DNA from: Nitrosopumilaceae archaeon
GTDB lineage: Archaea; Thermoproteota; Nitrososphaeria; Nitrososphaerales; Nitrosopumilaceae
DNA length: 64,000 bases
Reading direction: 5' to 3'
Assembly (NCBI GenBank): GCA_030038445.1
Contig: JASHOW010000025.1
Span: 1,281 to 65,280, forward strand
The first letter of the stretch is position 1; each line of letters starts with the position of its first letter. A program made the translations under genes and the position numbers. Shown piece by piece: positions 47,481 to 57,705 of the stretch. The notes beneath the pieces were generated by a model that saw only the letters and a program-made list of their open reading frames with translations, did not search any database and was not told the DNA's origin.

Positions 47481-48557
47481 ATGACAGTAGACGTAATCAG
47501 AACAATCAACAGGGTAGGCAAGTGGTCTTTGAACAGGGCAATTGGAAGAAGACGGCCCCTCATTGCAGTATTTAGTCTCACACATTATTGCAACTATTAC
47601 TGTCCCATGTGCCCATTTGGAGATTCAGACAAGCAGGGTCAGCTAAAACTCGCAAGCAAGAACGATCTTACTACCGACCAGTGGAAGAAGATATTTGACA
47701 AGGTTGCACAATATTGTATTTGGTCTATAGTAGAGGGCGGAGAACCCACAAGCAGGCCGGATTTTATGGAGCTTATTCGCCACCTTTACAGCCTCAAGTT
47801 ACCAATTACGCTGATTACAAACTGTTCTCTGCTGCACACCATAGACCTTGATGAGCTAAAAAAATACATCCAGTTCATCACGTGTAGTATAGATTCAGTC
47901 TTTGAGGAATCCTACTGTAAGGTTAGAGGGGTTATCCCACAGACGTATCAACGTGTCATGCAAAATCTGCGACTATTGACAGAACTCAAGGTGCCGCATT
48001 ATTTCAATTCCGTCATAACCAAGTTTAATACAAAAGAATTCATTGACAAGTCGTATTTTAGAAGAGCAAAGGAACTTGGTGTAAATGCTGTCTCCTTGAC
48101 TTTTGTAGAAGACAGATCAGATGTTGATTACTCTTTGCTGCCAGACAGAGATACCATTGTGAAGGTTTGCAAGAGCGTGTTAGAACACATACAGAGCAAG
48201 GAAGATCCACAGGTGATGATCCCTCCTCAGTATTTCGAACAGATAATAGAGCATGGAAGAGGAATGTATGACGAGTGTGGTGTGTGGAAGAGCATCTTTG
48301 TAAATGGCAACGGCACTGTCATGGTGCCGTGCTGGAAATATAGCAAGCCGGAAAACACATACAGCCTTCTTGAAAAGAGTGTAGATGAGATTTGGAGTGC
48401 GCCACAGTGGGAGATTGCAAAAACATGTCATGATTGCGAGGTATTGGGATGCATATGGTATTCCTCTCAGCCTGTGACCACATTTGCCCAAAACTATATG
48501 CGTGGATTATCCAAGATGATAAGCCAGCGCGCTCCTGAGATGTCATCACAGATCTAG
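47481..48557 (+). CDS. Radical SAM protein with C-terminal Cys-rich (SPASM/twitch-like) domain
   Basis: CNYYCPMC, GGEP, C-terminal cysteines. Confidence 0.88.
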   Translation: MTVDVIRTINRVGKWSLNRAIGRRRPLIAVFSLTHYCNYYCPMCPFGDSDKQGQLKLASKNDLTTDQWKKIFDKVAQYCIWSIVEGGEPTSRPDFMELIRHLYSLKLPITLITNCSLLHTIDLDELKKYIQFITCSIDSVFEESYCKVRGVIPQTYQRVMQNLRLLTELKVPHYFNSVITKFNTKEFIDKSYFRRAKELGVNAVSLTFVEDRSDVDYSLLPDRDTIVKVCKSVLEHIQSKEDPQVMIPPQYFEQIIEHGRGMYDECGVWKSIFVNGNGTVMVPCWKYSKPENTYSLLEKSVDEIWSAPQWEIAKTCHDCEVLGCIWYSSQPVTTFAQNYMRGLSKMISQRAPEMSSQI

Positions 48558-49432
48558 ATGCTACCCTTTTGCGCCACAATCAAGTCTACTTTGTAATTTA
48601 GACTCAGCCTTGAATTTACGTTTAATCTCCAGGGAATGTAGTTTGGGCGACTTGTGCCTTGTATTAATTTAAAGCCAATATCACGTACATGCGATCTTAG
48701 CTCTTCTGGGCTTGTTCTGAGTTTTACTGAGTTTTCCCCACGCTCAAAATCATATGGGTCAGAGAGAATAAGAAATTTTTCTGCTTGATACGAAATGGTT
48801 TGTAAGAGATCTCTGGGCTCGACGATGTCAAGCAAGTTCAGTGCAATTACTAGATCAAATTTTTGTCTACCAAACGGCGGATTTAGTGAGTCAGATACAA
48901 TAAAATCGGAGTTTTTTCTTTGTTGTCTTTTTGCTTCCAAGATTCCATAAAATGATTTATCAATTCCAAACACATACCGGTTTCTTTTTGCAGACTCTGA
49001 CGCTATGCGCCCAATGGAGCAGCCATGTTCTAGCACCATGCTACATGCAGGCATCTTTTTCATAGAATTTTTCACACTGGTATAGAACTTTGATCTTATG
49101 CTTTGTTTGTAGATTCCAACCCATCTTCTCTCCAGCTCAGATGTATCTTTAGGTGCATGTTTTATTTTTTTTAATGTATTTTTGACAAAGAATTTCATCT
49201 TGTCAGACTTTGCCATCAACATCAGTTGTCCCCCCAGTGTCATTCTAACTGATAGATACGATGCAAAATCTTTCAATACAAAAGGCACAGAAGATATTAC
49301 AGGATATACTGCCATACAGTTGGTACAATTAAGAAATCCCTCTAGGAGTTCATCACCGGAGACCAATGATACAACTGACAGGCCGGAATTACAGTTTACA
49401 CATTTGAGATATTTTGTTGTAAAGTCAAACAA
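48554..49432 (-). CDS. SAM-dependent methyltransferase with Trm112-like Zn domain
   Basis: C..C...C..C..YPV...VP; VLEHGCSIG; PF...FDLVI. Confidence 0.8.
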   Translation of the reverse strand: MFDFTTKYLKCVNCNSGLSVVSLVSGDELLEGFLNCTNCMAVYPVISSVPFVLKDFASYLSVRMTLGGQLMLMAKSDKMKFFVKNTLKKIKHAPKDTSELERRWVGIYKQSIRSKFYTSVKNSMKKMPACSMVLEHGCSIGRIASESAKRNRYVFGIDKSFYGILEAKRQQRKNSDFIVSDSLNPPFGRQKFDLVIALNLLDIVEPRDLLQTISYQAEKFLILSDPYDFERGENSVKLRTSPEELRSHVRDIGFKLIQGTSRPNYIPWRLNVNSRLSLNYKVDLIVAQKGSI

Positions 49433-49475
49433 TAAAATTCTGTAAACATGTCACGGATTAAATTCATACCGATAT

Positions 49476-50291
49476 TTACTCATGGATCTTATTTTCTTGA
49501 AACGAACCAGAGTTGTACCAGCAATACCTGAAATAATCAAGGCACCACTCGTGAAATAGAGAGTCTTTGCTATAGAACATCTCCCTCATGTCTGCAATAC
49601 CATCTAGTGTTGGAAAGCCAACACATGCCTCCTTCTCGTTTAATACCACCACCACATTAGTTTCAGCTCTCATCCTCCGCTCTACCAAGCCCTTGTTTAT
49701 CAAATCCTTTAGACCTAGTTTATCAAGCAATTCCCTTCTGCCCTTTGGAACAATGACAGATTCAGAAAAGATGTAATGCAATTGGATTCCTTTTCTTACT
49801 TTGGTCAAAAGGGGCTCTACCAGATCAAGTGGTACTTCGGTGAAAATCTCATATACAAACTCGTCTGCATTTTTGTAAATTGCTTTCCACTGTTCAAGAA
49901 CCTTAACAAATCCTTTAATTGGTTGCCCACCTGCAAGAGCCCCTATTCTCTGTATAAACTTCATTGGTATATCTCCAAAGTTATGATTCTCAAAGTGTTT
50001 TCTGTTCTTAGATAGAAAAAGCAAGGCAGGAACCTGCGTGCATATGGTTTTGCCATATGTTGTAAGGTCATACATGCCATCCCTATCTTTTGCGATAAGT
50101 CCCGCATTTACAAGTCGTTCAAAATTCCTATGAACTTCTTGTACTGTTACATGCAGTTCCTTTGCCATACTTGAGATCTTTGATTTTTTTTCCAAAAGTT
50201 TGAACAGTATATTTAGGCGCTGTTTGCTTGCAAGTTCAAGAAAGTCATTTGCGGCATTTTCATATATATCAGTCACGCCAAAAATGCACAA
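49476..50291 (-). CDS. ArsR-like HTH transcriptional regulator (thaumarchaeal family)
   Basis: LAS.QRL.IL...E.HRN..RL...GLI..LT.YG. Confidence 0.75.
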   Translation of the reverse strand: MCIFGVTDIYENAANDFLELASKQRLNILFKLLEKKSKISSMAKELHVTVQEVHRNFERLVNAGLIAKDRDGMYDLTTYGKTICTQVPALLFLSKNRKHFENHNFGDIPMKFIQRIGALAGGQPIKGFVKVLEQWKAIYKNADEFVYEIFTEVPLDLVEPLLTKVRKGIQLHYIFSESVIVPKGRRELLDKLGLKDLINKGLVERRMRAETNVVVVLNEKEACVGFPTLDGIADMREMFYSKDSLFHEWCLDYFRYCWYNSGSFQENKIHE

Positions 50292-50440
50292 AGTTATTTA
50301 TCTAAATCTTTGCTCTTATGCAATAATGGTTTCTTTTCAGATCATGACAGAAAAGATCTTTAGTGAATTTTTATGCAAGAATCAGCTTGATATATAAAAA
50401 ACTAAGTTAACTTAGTTACGTAATCCATTAAATTGCAGAA

Positions 50441-50731
50441 GTGAAACTAGTAGCGATGTTAGAAGTTCAAAGCAGCAATGACAGAGAGATACAGGAACTC
50501 TTGTCAGACAAATGCAACAGAATGATCCTTGAATCAATCAAGACAGTCCCAAAATCTACAAGCCAGATCTGCGTAGAATGCAACATACCTACGAGTACGG
50601 CATACAGAAAGATGCAGAAATTATTAGATTTCAAAACAATACGCAGAATGGGGACAATAAATGAGTTTGGTAAGAGAGAGGTACTTTACAAGAGTAATTT
50701 TTTTGTGCTGAAAAACATCTTAAACTGGTGA
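50441..50731 (+). CDS. Small winged-helix (HTH) regulator
   Basis: R.ILESI...PKS..QI..E.NIP.STAYRK. Confidence 0.7.
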   Translation: MKLVAMLEVQSSNDREIQELLSDKCNRMILESIKTVPKSTSQICVECNIPTSTAYRKMQKLLDFKTIRRMGTINEFGKREVLYKSNFFVLKNILNW

Positions 50732-50771
50732 CCTTGTTAAATTAAAATACAGTACTGTTTTTTGACAGATC

Positions 50772-51140
50772 GTGATCACGGTTAACTGCCGAGATATCCC
50801 TTCAATAAAATCTTCATTGGCAGTATACGCCTCCGATAAGGTAGGGGCAGTTCCAGCCTTAAAGTTGCACGAGTTTGTTCTTGCGCCCATAGAAGACGAG
50901 AAGATAAACCCCTCAGATGTGATCACGGCAATCAAGATGTTTCTTGCATCCATTGGATGCGAAAGGCACTTTGCGGTAATACAAAAAAATGATATTATTA
51001 CAGTGGTGTCATTGGATGGATACAAGCTGGAATCTGTCCCACAGGGAAGATCTGATCAGTTTTTCTCATGCATTCACTGTGGTCATGTTACCCAGTTTGA
51101 GACAGTTCACAATAACCATATGAAGATCCATTACCTATGA
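50772..51140 (+). CDS. Hypothetical protein with C-terminal C2H2 zinc finger
   Basis: CIHCG.........H.KIH. Confidence 0.6.
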   Translation: MITVNCRDIPSIKSSLAVYASDKVGAVPALKLHEFVLAPIEDEKINPSDVITAIKMFLASIGCERHFAVIQKNDIITVVSLDGYKLESVPQGRSDQFFSCIHCGHVTQFETVHNNHMKIHYL

Positions 51141-51202
51141 GATTCTCTGAGACACAAGATTAGATGAAAAATCAATTTTATGGTGCCTGAGATTTGCTTT
51201 GA

Positions 51203-51487
51203 TTAGTTGACAATTACGTCGTAAAACATGGGTTTTGGTGGTGACTCCATATACGAATGACCCTTTGACTGGATCCTAAAATGCTCTTGTGTTTGATGCA
51301 TCTTCTCAAACTTTTCTTGATTTTCAAACTCCACCAGCATGACGTGCTTGCCAGTGCGGGTAACCAATAGTCTTCTATTAATGAACCCGTCAAACTTTGC
51401 AAGATCCTTATTGGATTCATTGACCCATTTCTTGAACTCGTCTTCCATTCCCTTTTTTAGTTGAACCTCAACTACTACTACGAACAC
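51203..51487 (-). CDS. Antibiotic biosynthesis monooxygenase (ABM) family protein
   Basis: K.G.E.EF...GF...LL...E.F....EH pattern. Confidence 0.7.
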   Translation of the reverse strand: MFVVVVEVQLKKGMEDEFKKWVNESNKDLAKFDGFINRRLLVTRTGKHVMLVEFENQEKFEKMHQTQEHFRIQSKGHSYMESPPKPMFYDVIVN

Positions 51488-51562
51488 AGGATTCTTCGAT
51501 GACTAAAGGATTTAAGAGGATTTCTAATATTCCCATATCTTGCCAGTAAGACACACTCAATA

Positions 51563-51853
51563 ATGCTAAATACAGGATTACGTTCGATCAGATACATGAA
51601 TGAGCGGCTTTTAATATTTGGAGGGATTGCGGCCGCAATAGCAGTTATGACCACGATCGTATTCCCGTTTTGGAATCTTATTCCAAACATGGTAACTGAA
51701 ACTGTCACGGTAAAGGCCGTGGACCAAGGCGGTTGTTATGTTCAGACTCATGATGGTTTTGTCATAAAGATACCTCCATGCAATGCACAGCCTGGACAGA
51801 ACATCACGGCAACGTTTGACGGCAAGGTAAGAGACCGAGAAAAACAGATCTAG
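51563..51853 (+). CDS. Small membrane-anchored hypothetical protein
   Basis: N-terminal TM helix plus small beta domain. Confidence 0.55.
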   Translation: MLNTGLRSIRYMNERLLIFGGIAAAIAVMTTIVFPFWNLIPNMVTETVTVKAVDQGGCYVQTHDGFVIKIPPCNAQPGQNITATFDGKVRDREKQI

Positions 51854-51859
51854 TAAAAA

Positions 51860-52216
51860 TTAAAGCAATTTTAGGCTTTGAGTAACTTTATCAATCATAT
51901 CCTCTGGGGCAGGGCCTATAGAGATGCAAGTTATTGTACCGGGCGCGATTTGTGTATGACCAGCATCTGTAACCTCAGACCATGGCAAGCTAAGAGAGAT
52001 AGCATGTCTTTTCACATCCTCCAATTCTGAAAGACTTGACACCTTGAGTACTACCTTTTCTTGGCCAGATTCCTGCCATGCATCATACCATCCTCTGTTT
52101 AATTTCCTTACATGCTCTGCGCCAAGTACACATGCGTGACCCACCTGAGCCGCAATCTTTCCAGTTCCCATGCCAAGGTCTCTTCTCACGACTATTACCT
52201 GTTTTATGATACCCAT
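51860..52216 (-). CDS. pth2: Peptidyl-tRNA hydrolase Pth2
   Basis: VR.DL.M..GKIAAQ..HA, DAGHTQI..GT.T...IGP. Confidence 0.95.
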   Translation of the reverse strand: MGIIKQVIVVRRDLGMGTGKIAAQVGHACVLGAEHVRKLNRGWYDAWQESGQEKVVLKVSSLSELEDVKRHAISLSLPWSEVTDAGHTQIAPGTITCISIGPAPEDMIDKVTQSLKLL

Positions 52217-52367
52217 ATCAATTCTGAATAATTATAGCACATGTTAAACTTTTGAATTATTCCATATCAAGTAGAAACCTATACTAACATTCTGTTAGTA
52301 TAGGGGAGTTTGTTTTATTGTTACATACATGAGATTATATTCTAAAGGTCAGATGAAATGATCAAAA

Positions 52368-52517
52368 ATGGAAACCATACAAAGAATAATCAGGCCGTTG
52401 TGTTCTTACTGCAACGCAGAGATGAGATTTGTTGAAGGCGATGTCATATTTGGTGACAAGTGGTTCCACAGAGATTGTGCGTTACAATATAGATTCAAGC
52501 GCAATTCTACAGTGTAG
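52368..52517 (+). CDS. Small CxxC...HxxC zinc-finger protein (49 aa, not in the ORF track)
   Basis: METIQRIIRPLCSYCNAEMRFVEGDVIFGDKWFHRDCALQYRFKRNSTV*. Confidence 0.6.
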   Translation: METIQRIIRPLCSYCNAEMRFVEGDVIFGDKWFHRDCALQYRFKRNSTV

Positions 52518-52580
52518 AAAGATACGAACGGTTTTGTTGCATGATGTTTGATATAAATAATTGATAAAAAGTAACAAGCC

Positions 52581-53717
52581 ATGGATTATGACGTAGTTGT
52601 TGCTGGTGGTAGCGTGGCAGGTCTCTTGTGCGCAAGAGAGATCGCTTCGCAAGGTCACAAAGTTATGGTAATAGAGGAGGATTATGAGATAGGAACACCC
52701 GAACACTGTGGTGGCCTTGTAAGCATACCAGCAATGGATGAGCTTGGAGTAATCCCGATGAGGGCTACGCTTGACAACAAGATAAGGTCAGCACGCATAA
52801 TATCTCCGTCCGGAAAAGACTTTACGCTTGATGCAAGACCGCAACAGGTCATAGTGCTTGACAGAAGAGAATTCGATAAACAAATTGCACACCAAGCCAA
52901 GATCAATGGAGCTGAGATACGGGTTAGAACATCGCTCAGAGAGATAACAAAAGAAGGTGTCAGGACCAGCGATGGCGAGATCAAATGTAAAACAATTGTT
53001 GATGCAAGAGGAGTCTCATCTTTAATTCACAAGGATCGCACAGGTACATTGCAATCAGCACAATATGAGGTATATGCAGATTGGATTGACAAAGAGCGAG
53101 TAGAGGTGTATCTTGATCAAGAAAAATATCCAGGGTTTTTTGCATGGGTAATACCAACAAGACATGATGAAGCAAAGGTGGGCGTTGCTGGAAAAGGAAT
53201 CAATGCAGCTACAGCACTGGAGGAATTTTTAAGACAAAAGGGGAGATACTCTAGCATAAGGAAGATATTTGCGCCAATATGGGTAAAGGGGCCAATCAAG
53301 GAGTTTGTTACAAGAAACGTGGTGATAGTGGGAGATGCCGCAGGGCAGGCAAAGCCCACCACTGCAGGAGGAATCTACTCCTCAGGGTTTGGAGGCATAT
53401 TAGCAGGAAATGCCATATCACAATTTTTAAAATCTGGAAAAGAGGAAAAATTGCAAAGATACCAAAAAGAATGGTCAGATAAATTTGGAAAAGAGTTTGA
53501 CCAAATGCTCCTTGCTAGATCCATTCTTGAGAGGCTTGATAACAAGTCGATCAATAGCCTTTTTGGATCAATAACTCCCGAAGTGTTAAATGAGATTTCA
53601 AAAGAGGGAAGTTTTGATTTTCATACAATATCAGTTGCAAAACTTTTGGGAGTAAAGGGATCTGCAAAAGCTGTTCAGACTATTTTGGGAAATGAGTTAA
53701 GAAGATTACTAAGCTAA
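52581..53717 (+). CDS. Geranylgeranyl reductase-family FAD oxidoreductase
   Basis: DVVVAGG..AG, P.HCGG, WVIP, GDAAGQ.KP.T.GGI. Confidence 0.85.
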   Translation: MDYDVVVAGGSVAGLLCAREIASQGHKVMVIEEDYEIGTPEHCGGLVSIPAMDELGVIPMRATLDNKIRSARIISPSGKDFTLDARPQQVIVLDRREFDKQIAHQAKINGAEIRVRTSLREITKEGVRTSDGEIKCKTIVDARGVSSLIHKDRTGTLQSAQYEVYADWIDKERVEVYLDQEKYPGFFAWVIPTRHDEAKVGVAGKGINAATALEEFLRQKGRYSSIRKIFAPIWVKGPIKEFVTRNVVIVGDAAGQAKPTTAGGIYSSGFGGILAGNAISQFLKSGKEEKLQRYQKEWSDKFGKEFDQMLLARSILERLDNKSINSLFGSITPEVLNEISKEGSFDFHTISVAKLLGVKGSAKAVQTILGNELRRLLS

Positions 53718-53767
53718 ACATACATTAATTGACAAGATATAAATTCGGTGTAAAGTCAGTTTTATAC

Positions 53768-53947
53768 ATGTCATCATCTATTGCTTTGCCAGTGTGCAGT
53801 TCTTGCCATAGGCCAATAATGCCTAATGATAAATGCGTAAAATTCAACTGCCCAAGCTGTGGTTCCGTTTTGCTTTGGAGATGCGAGAGCTGTAGAGATG
53901 CTGCAAGAACATATACGTGCAAGTCATGTAATTTTGAAGGACCATAA
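53768..53947 (+). CDS. DUF1610 zinc-ribbon protein
   Basis: C..C, FNCPSCG, RC..CR, C..C.FEGP; usual position upstream of EF-1beta. Confidence 0.85.
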   Translation: MSSSIALPVCSSCHRPIMPNDKCVKFNCPSCGSVLLWRCESCRDAARTYTCKSCNFEGP

Positions 53948-53952
53948 AGGAA

Positions 53953-54234
53953 ATGCCACGATTAGCATTACGTGCAAAGATTTTACCAACAGGAACTGAG
54001 GTCGATCTTGATAACGTAGCCAAGAAGATAGGCTCGTCCTTAAAGGATGGAATAACACTTGCAAAATATACAAAAGAACCACTTGCTTTTGGTCTTTACT
54101 TTATCAATGCAGAATTCTCCCTAGATGACAAGGAAGGACAGATGGATTCGCTTGAAAATAGCGTCCGCTCTATTGAAGGCGTAGGAGAGTTCGAAGTACT
54201 AGGAATAAGCCGAGCTTCTGTAGACGCAAAGTAG
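53953..54234 (+). CDS. ef1b: Translation elongation factor 1-beta
   Basis: KILP...VDL, EPLAFGL. Confidence 0.9.
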   Translation: MPRLALRAKILPTGTEVDLDNVAKKIGSSLKDGITLAKYTKEPLAFGLYFINAEFSLDDKEGQMDSLENSVRSIEGVGEFEVLGISRASVDAK

Positions 54235-54244
54235 GTGCAACCCA

Positions 54245-56413
54245 ATGAGAAAAGACGAGCTACTACAAATGCGCGTCGGAGAAGCCAAACAGAGAGATGT
54301 AGGCAAAAGGCGCGCAAGGATAGAACCAGAAGCCATGGAATTTTTAAAAGTTGCACCTGGCGACATGATAGAAATAATAGGGAAAAAATCCAGTTGTGCA
54401 ATAGTTTGGCCTGCTGACGATGACAACAAAGCACCAGACATGGTAAGAGTAGATGGTCAGACAAGAAAGAACATTGGCGTCGGAATAAATGACTTGGTTA
54501 ATGTTAGAAAGGTGGTTGCCAAACCAGCAAAGACTGTTGTTCTCATGCCAGTCAATGGAAACGTTACCGTAGACAAGGAATTTACTGATTTTGTTAAAAA
54601 TAGACTAAAGGGCTTACCGTTGTCAGAAGGTGACGAGATATCGGTGATGATCCTTGGAAATTCCATGGACTTTAAGATACACAAGATTGCACCAAAGAGT
54701 GTTGTAAAAATAGAACGAAACACATCTCTTACCATCTTAACTGAGACATCAGTCGACAAAAAAGTCAGAGTCACATACGAGGAGATAGGCGGTCTTAGAG
54801 CGCAGATAAACAGGATGCGCGAGATTGTGGAACTTCCCTTAAAGCATCCTGAAGTCTTTAGCAGACTAAACATAGAGCCACACAGTGGAATTCTTTTGTA
54901 TGGCCCTCCGGGATGCGGAAAGACATTGATTGCCAAGGTGCTTGCAAGTGAATCAGAAGCCAACTTTTATTCTATAAATGGTCCTGAGATAATGAACAAG
55001 TACTACGGCGAGACAGAGGCAAGGCTTAGGGACATATTCAAGGAAGCAAAGGACAATGCTCCAAGTGTAATATTTATTGATGAGATTGATGCAATTGCTC
55101 CAAAAAGAGAAGAAGCTTACGGTGACGTTGAGAAAAGAGTCGTAGCACAGCTATTGGCATTGATGGACGGTCTTACAGACAGAGGCAATGTCATAGTATT
55201 AGGGGCAACAAACAGGCCAGAGAGTGTAGACCCCGCTCTACGAAGACCAGGAAGGTTTGACAGAGAGATTGAGATTGCGGTGCCAAATGCAGACGGTAGA
55301 CTAGAGATCCTTCAGATTCATACAAGGGGAATGCCGCTTGCAGAAGACATTGATCTGAAGACATTGGCAGCAGAACTTCATGGCTACACAGGTGCAGACA
55401 TCAAATCACTCTGCAGAGAAGCTGCCATGCAGGCACTCAGAGTCTTTTTGCCTGAGCTTGACATGGAAACTGAAAAGATATCTTCTGAGATTTTGCAAAA
55501 GATAGCAATACACCTGCATGACTTTTACGATGCAATGCATGAGATTGTTCCCACAGCAATGAGAGAGTTTTACGTGGAAAGCCCAAAAATATGGTGGAAG
55601 GATGTTGGTGGACTGGATGATGCAAAAAGGACATTAAATGATAACTTGATAATGGCAATAAAGGAGCCAGCAAAGTTTCAGAAGATGGGAATCAAGCCCC
55701 CCAAGGGAGCACTACTCTATGGACCACCAGGCTGTGGAAAAACATTGCTTGCAAGAGCATTAGCAACAGAAAGTGGAGGCAATATGATACTTGTAAGAGG
55801 CGCAGAGATACTCTCAAAGTGGGTAGGAGAATCTGAAAAAGCGATAAGGGAGATATTCAGGAAGGCAAAGGCATCTTCACCATGTATCATAATATTTGAT
55901 GAACTGGATTCTTTGGCAAGATCAAAATCACTTGATGAAGGCGGGGTGGGAGAGAGATTGCTCAGCCAGTTGCTTACAGAAATGGAAGATGGTGGAGCTT
56001 CAAGAGTTATAGTTGTTGGAATTTCTAACAGGCCAGACTTGATAGACCCATCATTGCTCAGGCCAGGACGCTTAGATTTGATACTCTTCATCCCACCGCC
56101 AGAAGAAAAGGGAAGATTTGAGATAATCAAGGCACTTACGCGACAGATGCCTCTGGCTGGAGATGTAGACTTGAAAGAGATTGCACTTGCAACAAAGGGA
56201 TATACTGGAGCTGACCTAGTTGCCGTATGTAGGGAGGCTGCTGTGCAGGCAATGCGAAACAGCACTCCGAAGATAGATGCCGCTGATTTTTCTGCCTCAC
56301 TAAAAGTTATCAAACCGTCCATCACCAAAGGCGTAGAAGACTGGTACTCATCAATCAAAGACAATATATCATACGCCTTGCCAAAGCCAATAGACAAGGC
56401 GTTTTATGGTTAA
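54245..56413 (+). CDS. cdc48: CDC48/VCP AAA+ ATPase
   Basis: Two GPPGCGKT AAA modules plus N domain. Confidence 0.97.
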   Translation: MRKDELLQMRVGEAKQRDVGKRRARIEPEAMEFLKVAPGDMIEIIGKKSSCAIVWPADDDNKAPDMVRVDGQTRKNIGVGINDLVNVRKVVAKPAKTVVLMPVNGNVTVDKEFTDFVKNRLKGLPLSEGDEISVMILGNSMDFKIHKIAPKSVVKIERNTSLTILTETSVDKKVRVTYEEIGGLRAQINRMREIVELPLKHPEVFSRLNIEPHSGILLYGPPGCGKTLIAKVLASESEANFYSINGPEIMNKYYGETEARLRDIFKEAKDNAPSVIFIDEIDAIAPKREEAYGDVEKRVVAQLLALMDGLTDRGNVIVLGATNRPESVDPALRRPGRFDREIEIAVPNADGRLEILQIHTRGMPLAEDIDLKTLAAELHGYTGADIKSLCREAAMQALRVFLPELDMETEKISSEILQKIAIHLHDFYDAMHEIVPTAMREFYVESPKIWWKDVGGLDDAKRTLNDNLIMAIKEPAKFQKMGIKPPKGALLYGPPGCGKTLLARALATESGGNMILVRGAEILSKWVGESEKAIREIFRKAKASSPCIIIFDELDSLARSKSLDEGGVGERLLSQLLTEMEDGGASRVIVVGISNRPDLIDPSLLRPGRLDLILFIPPPEEKGRFEIIKALTRQMPLAGDVDLKEIALATKGYTGADLVAVCREAAVQAMRNSTPKIDAADFSASLKVIKPSITKGVEDWYSSIKDNISYALPKPIDKAFYG

Positions 56414-56416
56414 GAT

Positions 56417-56737
56417 ATGACAACTATGCCACTTAGAAACTCAGTATATGAGATAGTAAGAAACTCTGGTTCCATGACAGACTCGGAGCTCTCAAAGGCG
56501 TTGATAAAAGCAGGAATATCCATTCCAGAAGACGAGTTTAACAAGACACTTTTGAATCTTGAAATTTATGGGCTTGTCAAGGTCACATGGTTAACAAAAG
56601 ATGAGAGGCGAATCGAGATTGCCGAGAAAGAAGAAGATGAAGACGAGATAGAAAAACAGAACAGGGAAAACCTAGAAAAAGAATATGAGGCCGGGTTTCC
56701 AGGTGTCGTACAGGATATACAGGAAGAAGAGGAATAG
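56417..56737 (+). CDS. Conserved hypothetical winged-helix-like protein with acidic tail
   Basis: FNK.LL.LEI.GL.KV; follows cdc48. Confidence 0.6.
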   Translation: MTTMPLRNSVYEIVRNSGSMTDSELSKALIKAGISIPEDEFNKTLLNLEIYGLVKVTWLTKDERRIEIAEKEEDEDEIEKQNRENLEKEYEAGFPGVVQDIQEEEE

Positions 56738-56738
56738 A

Positions 56739-57665
56739 TTATCTTAACACCGGAATGTGAAAAGCCGCATCAAGTGCAATTCCGACAAATATTATTGTAA
56801 GGTACGGCGCAGTAACCTTGTAAGCTTTCCATGCAAAGTCTGAAGTTGGAGTCTTTGTCAGTTTGTAATGGTACAACAACATAAGGCCCCCTGAGACTGC
56901 CGCAACTACGAGATAAACATAGCCTAGCCCAAATGCCACAAGTGCCAATGAATATGGAAGTAGTATTGCCGTGTTGACAAGTATGTACTTGGATGTCTTT
57001 TGCATTCCAATTAATACCGGCAACATTGGAACATGTGCTTCTGCATAATCGTCGCGGATCTTCATTGCAAGGCACCAAAAATGAGAAGGTGTCCATACAA
57101 AGACTAGAATTCCGACAAGTGCTCCCAACATATCCATAGAGCCTGTTGCTGCAGACCATCCAGCCATAGATGCACAGCTACCAGCAAATCCGCCAATCAC
57201 AATGTTTGAAGAGTTTGTTCGCTTGAGCCATGCAGTATACACTATCACATAAAAGAAGACTCCAAGAGCAATGAAAAATGTTGAAAGCGGGTTTAGGGTA
57301 AACCAAGCGTAAATTACAGAGATCGCACTTACAACTAGACCATATATCAACACATTTCTTGCAGACATTCTTCCAGATGGGATTGGCCGTTTACTAGTTC
57401 GCTTCATCAACGGATCAATATCTCTGTCATAATAGTGGTTAAGAGCGCTGGATCCTGCAGAAGAGAGCGATCCAGCTATAATGATGTGTAAAAGACTTAC
57501 ATAGTTAAGTTGTGGGCCTATTAGCTTACTTGCGGCGTACATCGATGTTACTGCAGTAATCACAAGTAAAACTACGATACGTGGTTTGGATATCTCTAGT
57601 ATTTCTTTTAATCCCACTAACCATAGAGGGACTTTTGGGAATTTAATTTCTTCGAAGTTTGCCAT
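56739..57665 (-). CDS. cyoE: Protoheme IX farnesyltransferase (heme o synthase)
   Basis: KPRI, N..YDRDID..M.RT..RPIP.G, WTP.HFW, DY....VPMLP. Confidence 0.93.
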   Translation of the reverse strand: MANFEEIKFPKVPLWLVGLKEILEISKPRIVVLLVITAVTSMYAASKLIGPQLNYVSLLHIIIAGSLSSAGSSALNHYYDRDIDPLMKRTSKRPIPSGRMSARNVLIYGLVVSAISVIYAWFTLNPLSTFFIALGVFFYVIVYTAWLKRTNSSNIVIGGFAGSCASMAGWSAATGSMDMLGALVGILVFVWTPSHFWCLAMKIRDDYAEAHVPMLPVLIGMQKTSKYILVNTAILLPYSLALVAFGLGYVYLVVAAVSGGLMLLYHYKLTKTPTSDFAWKAYKVTAPYLTIIFVGIALDAAFHIPVLR

Positions 57666-57705
57666 TCATAGTTCAAAAGAATTAAGTACCTCACTTAATC
57701 GAACT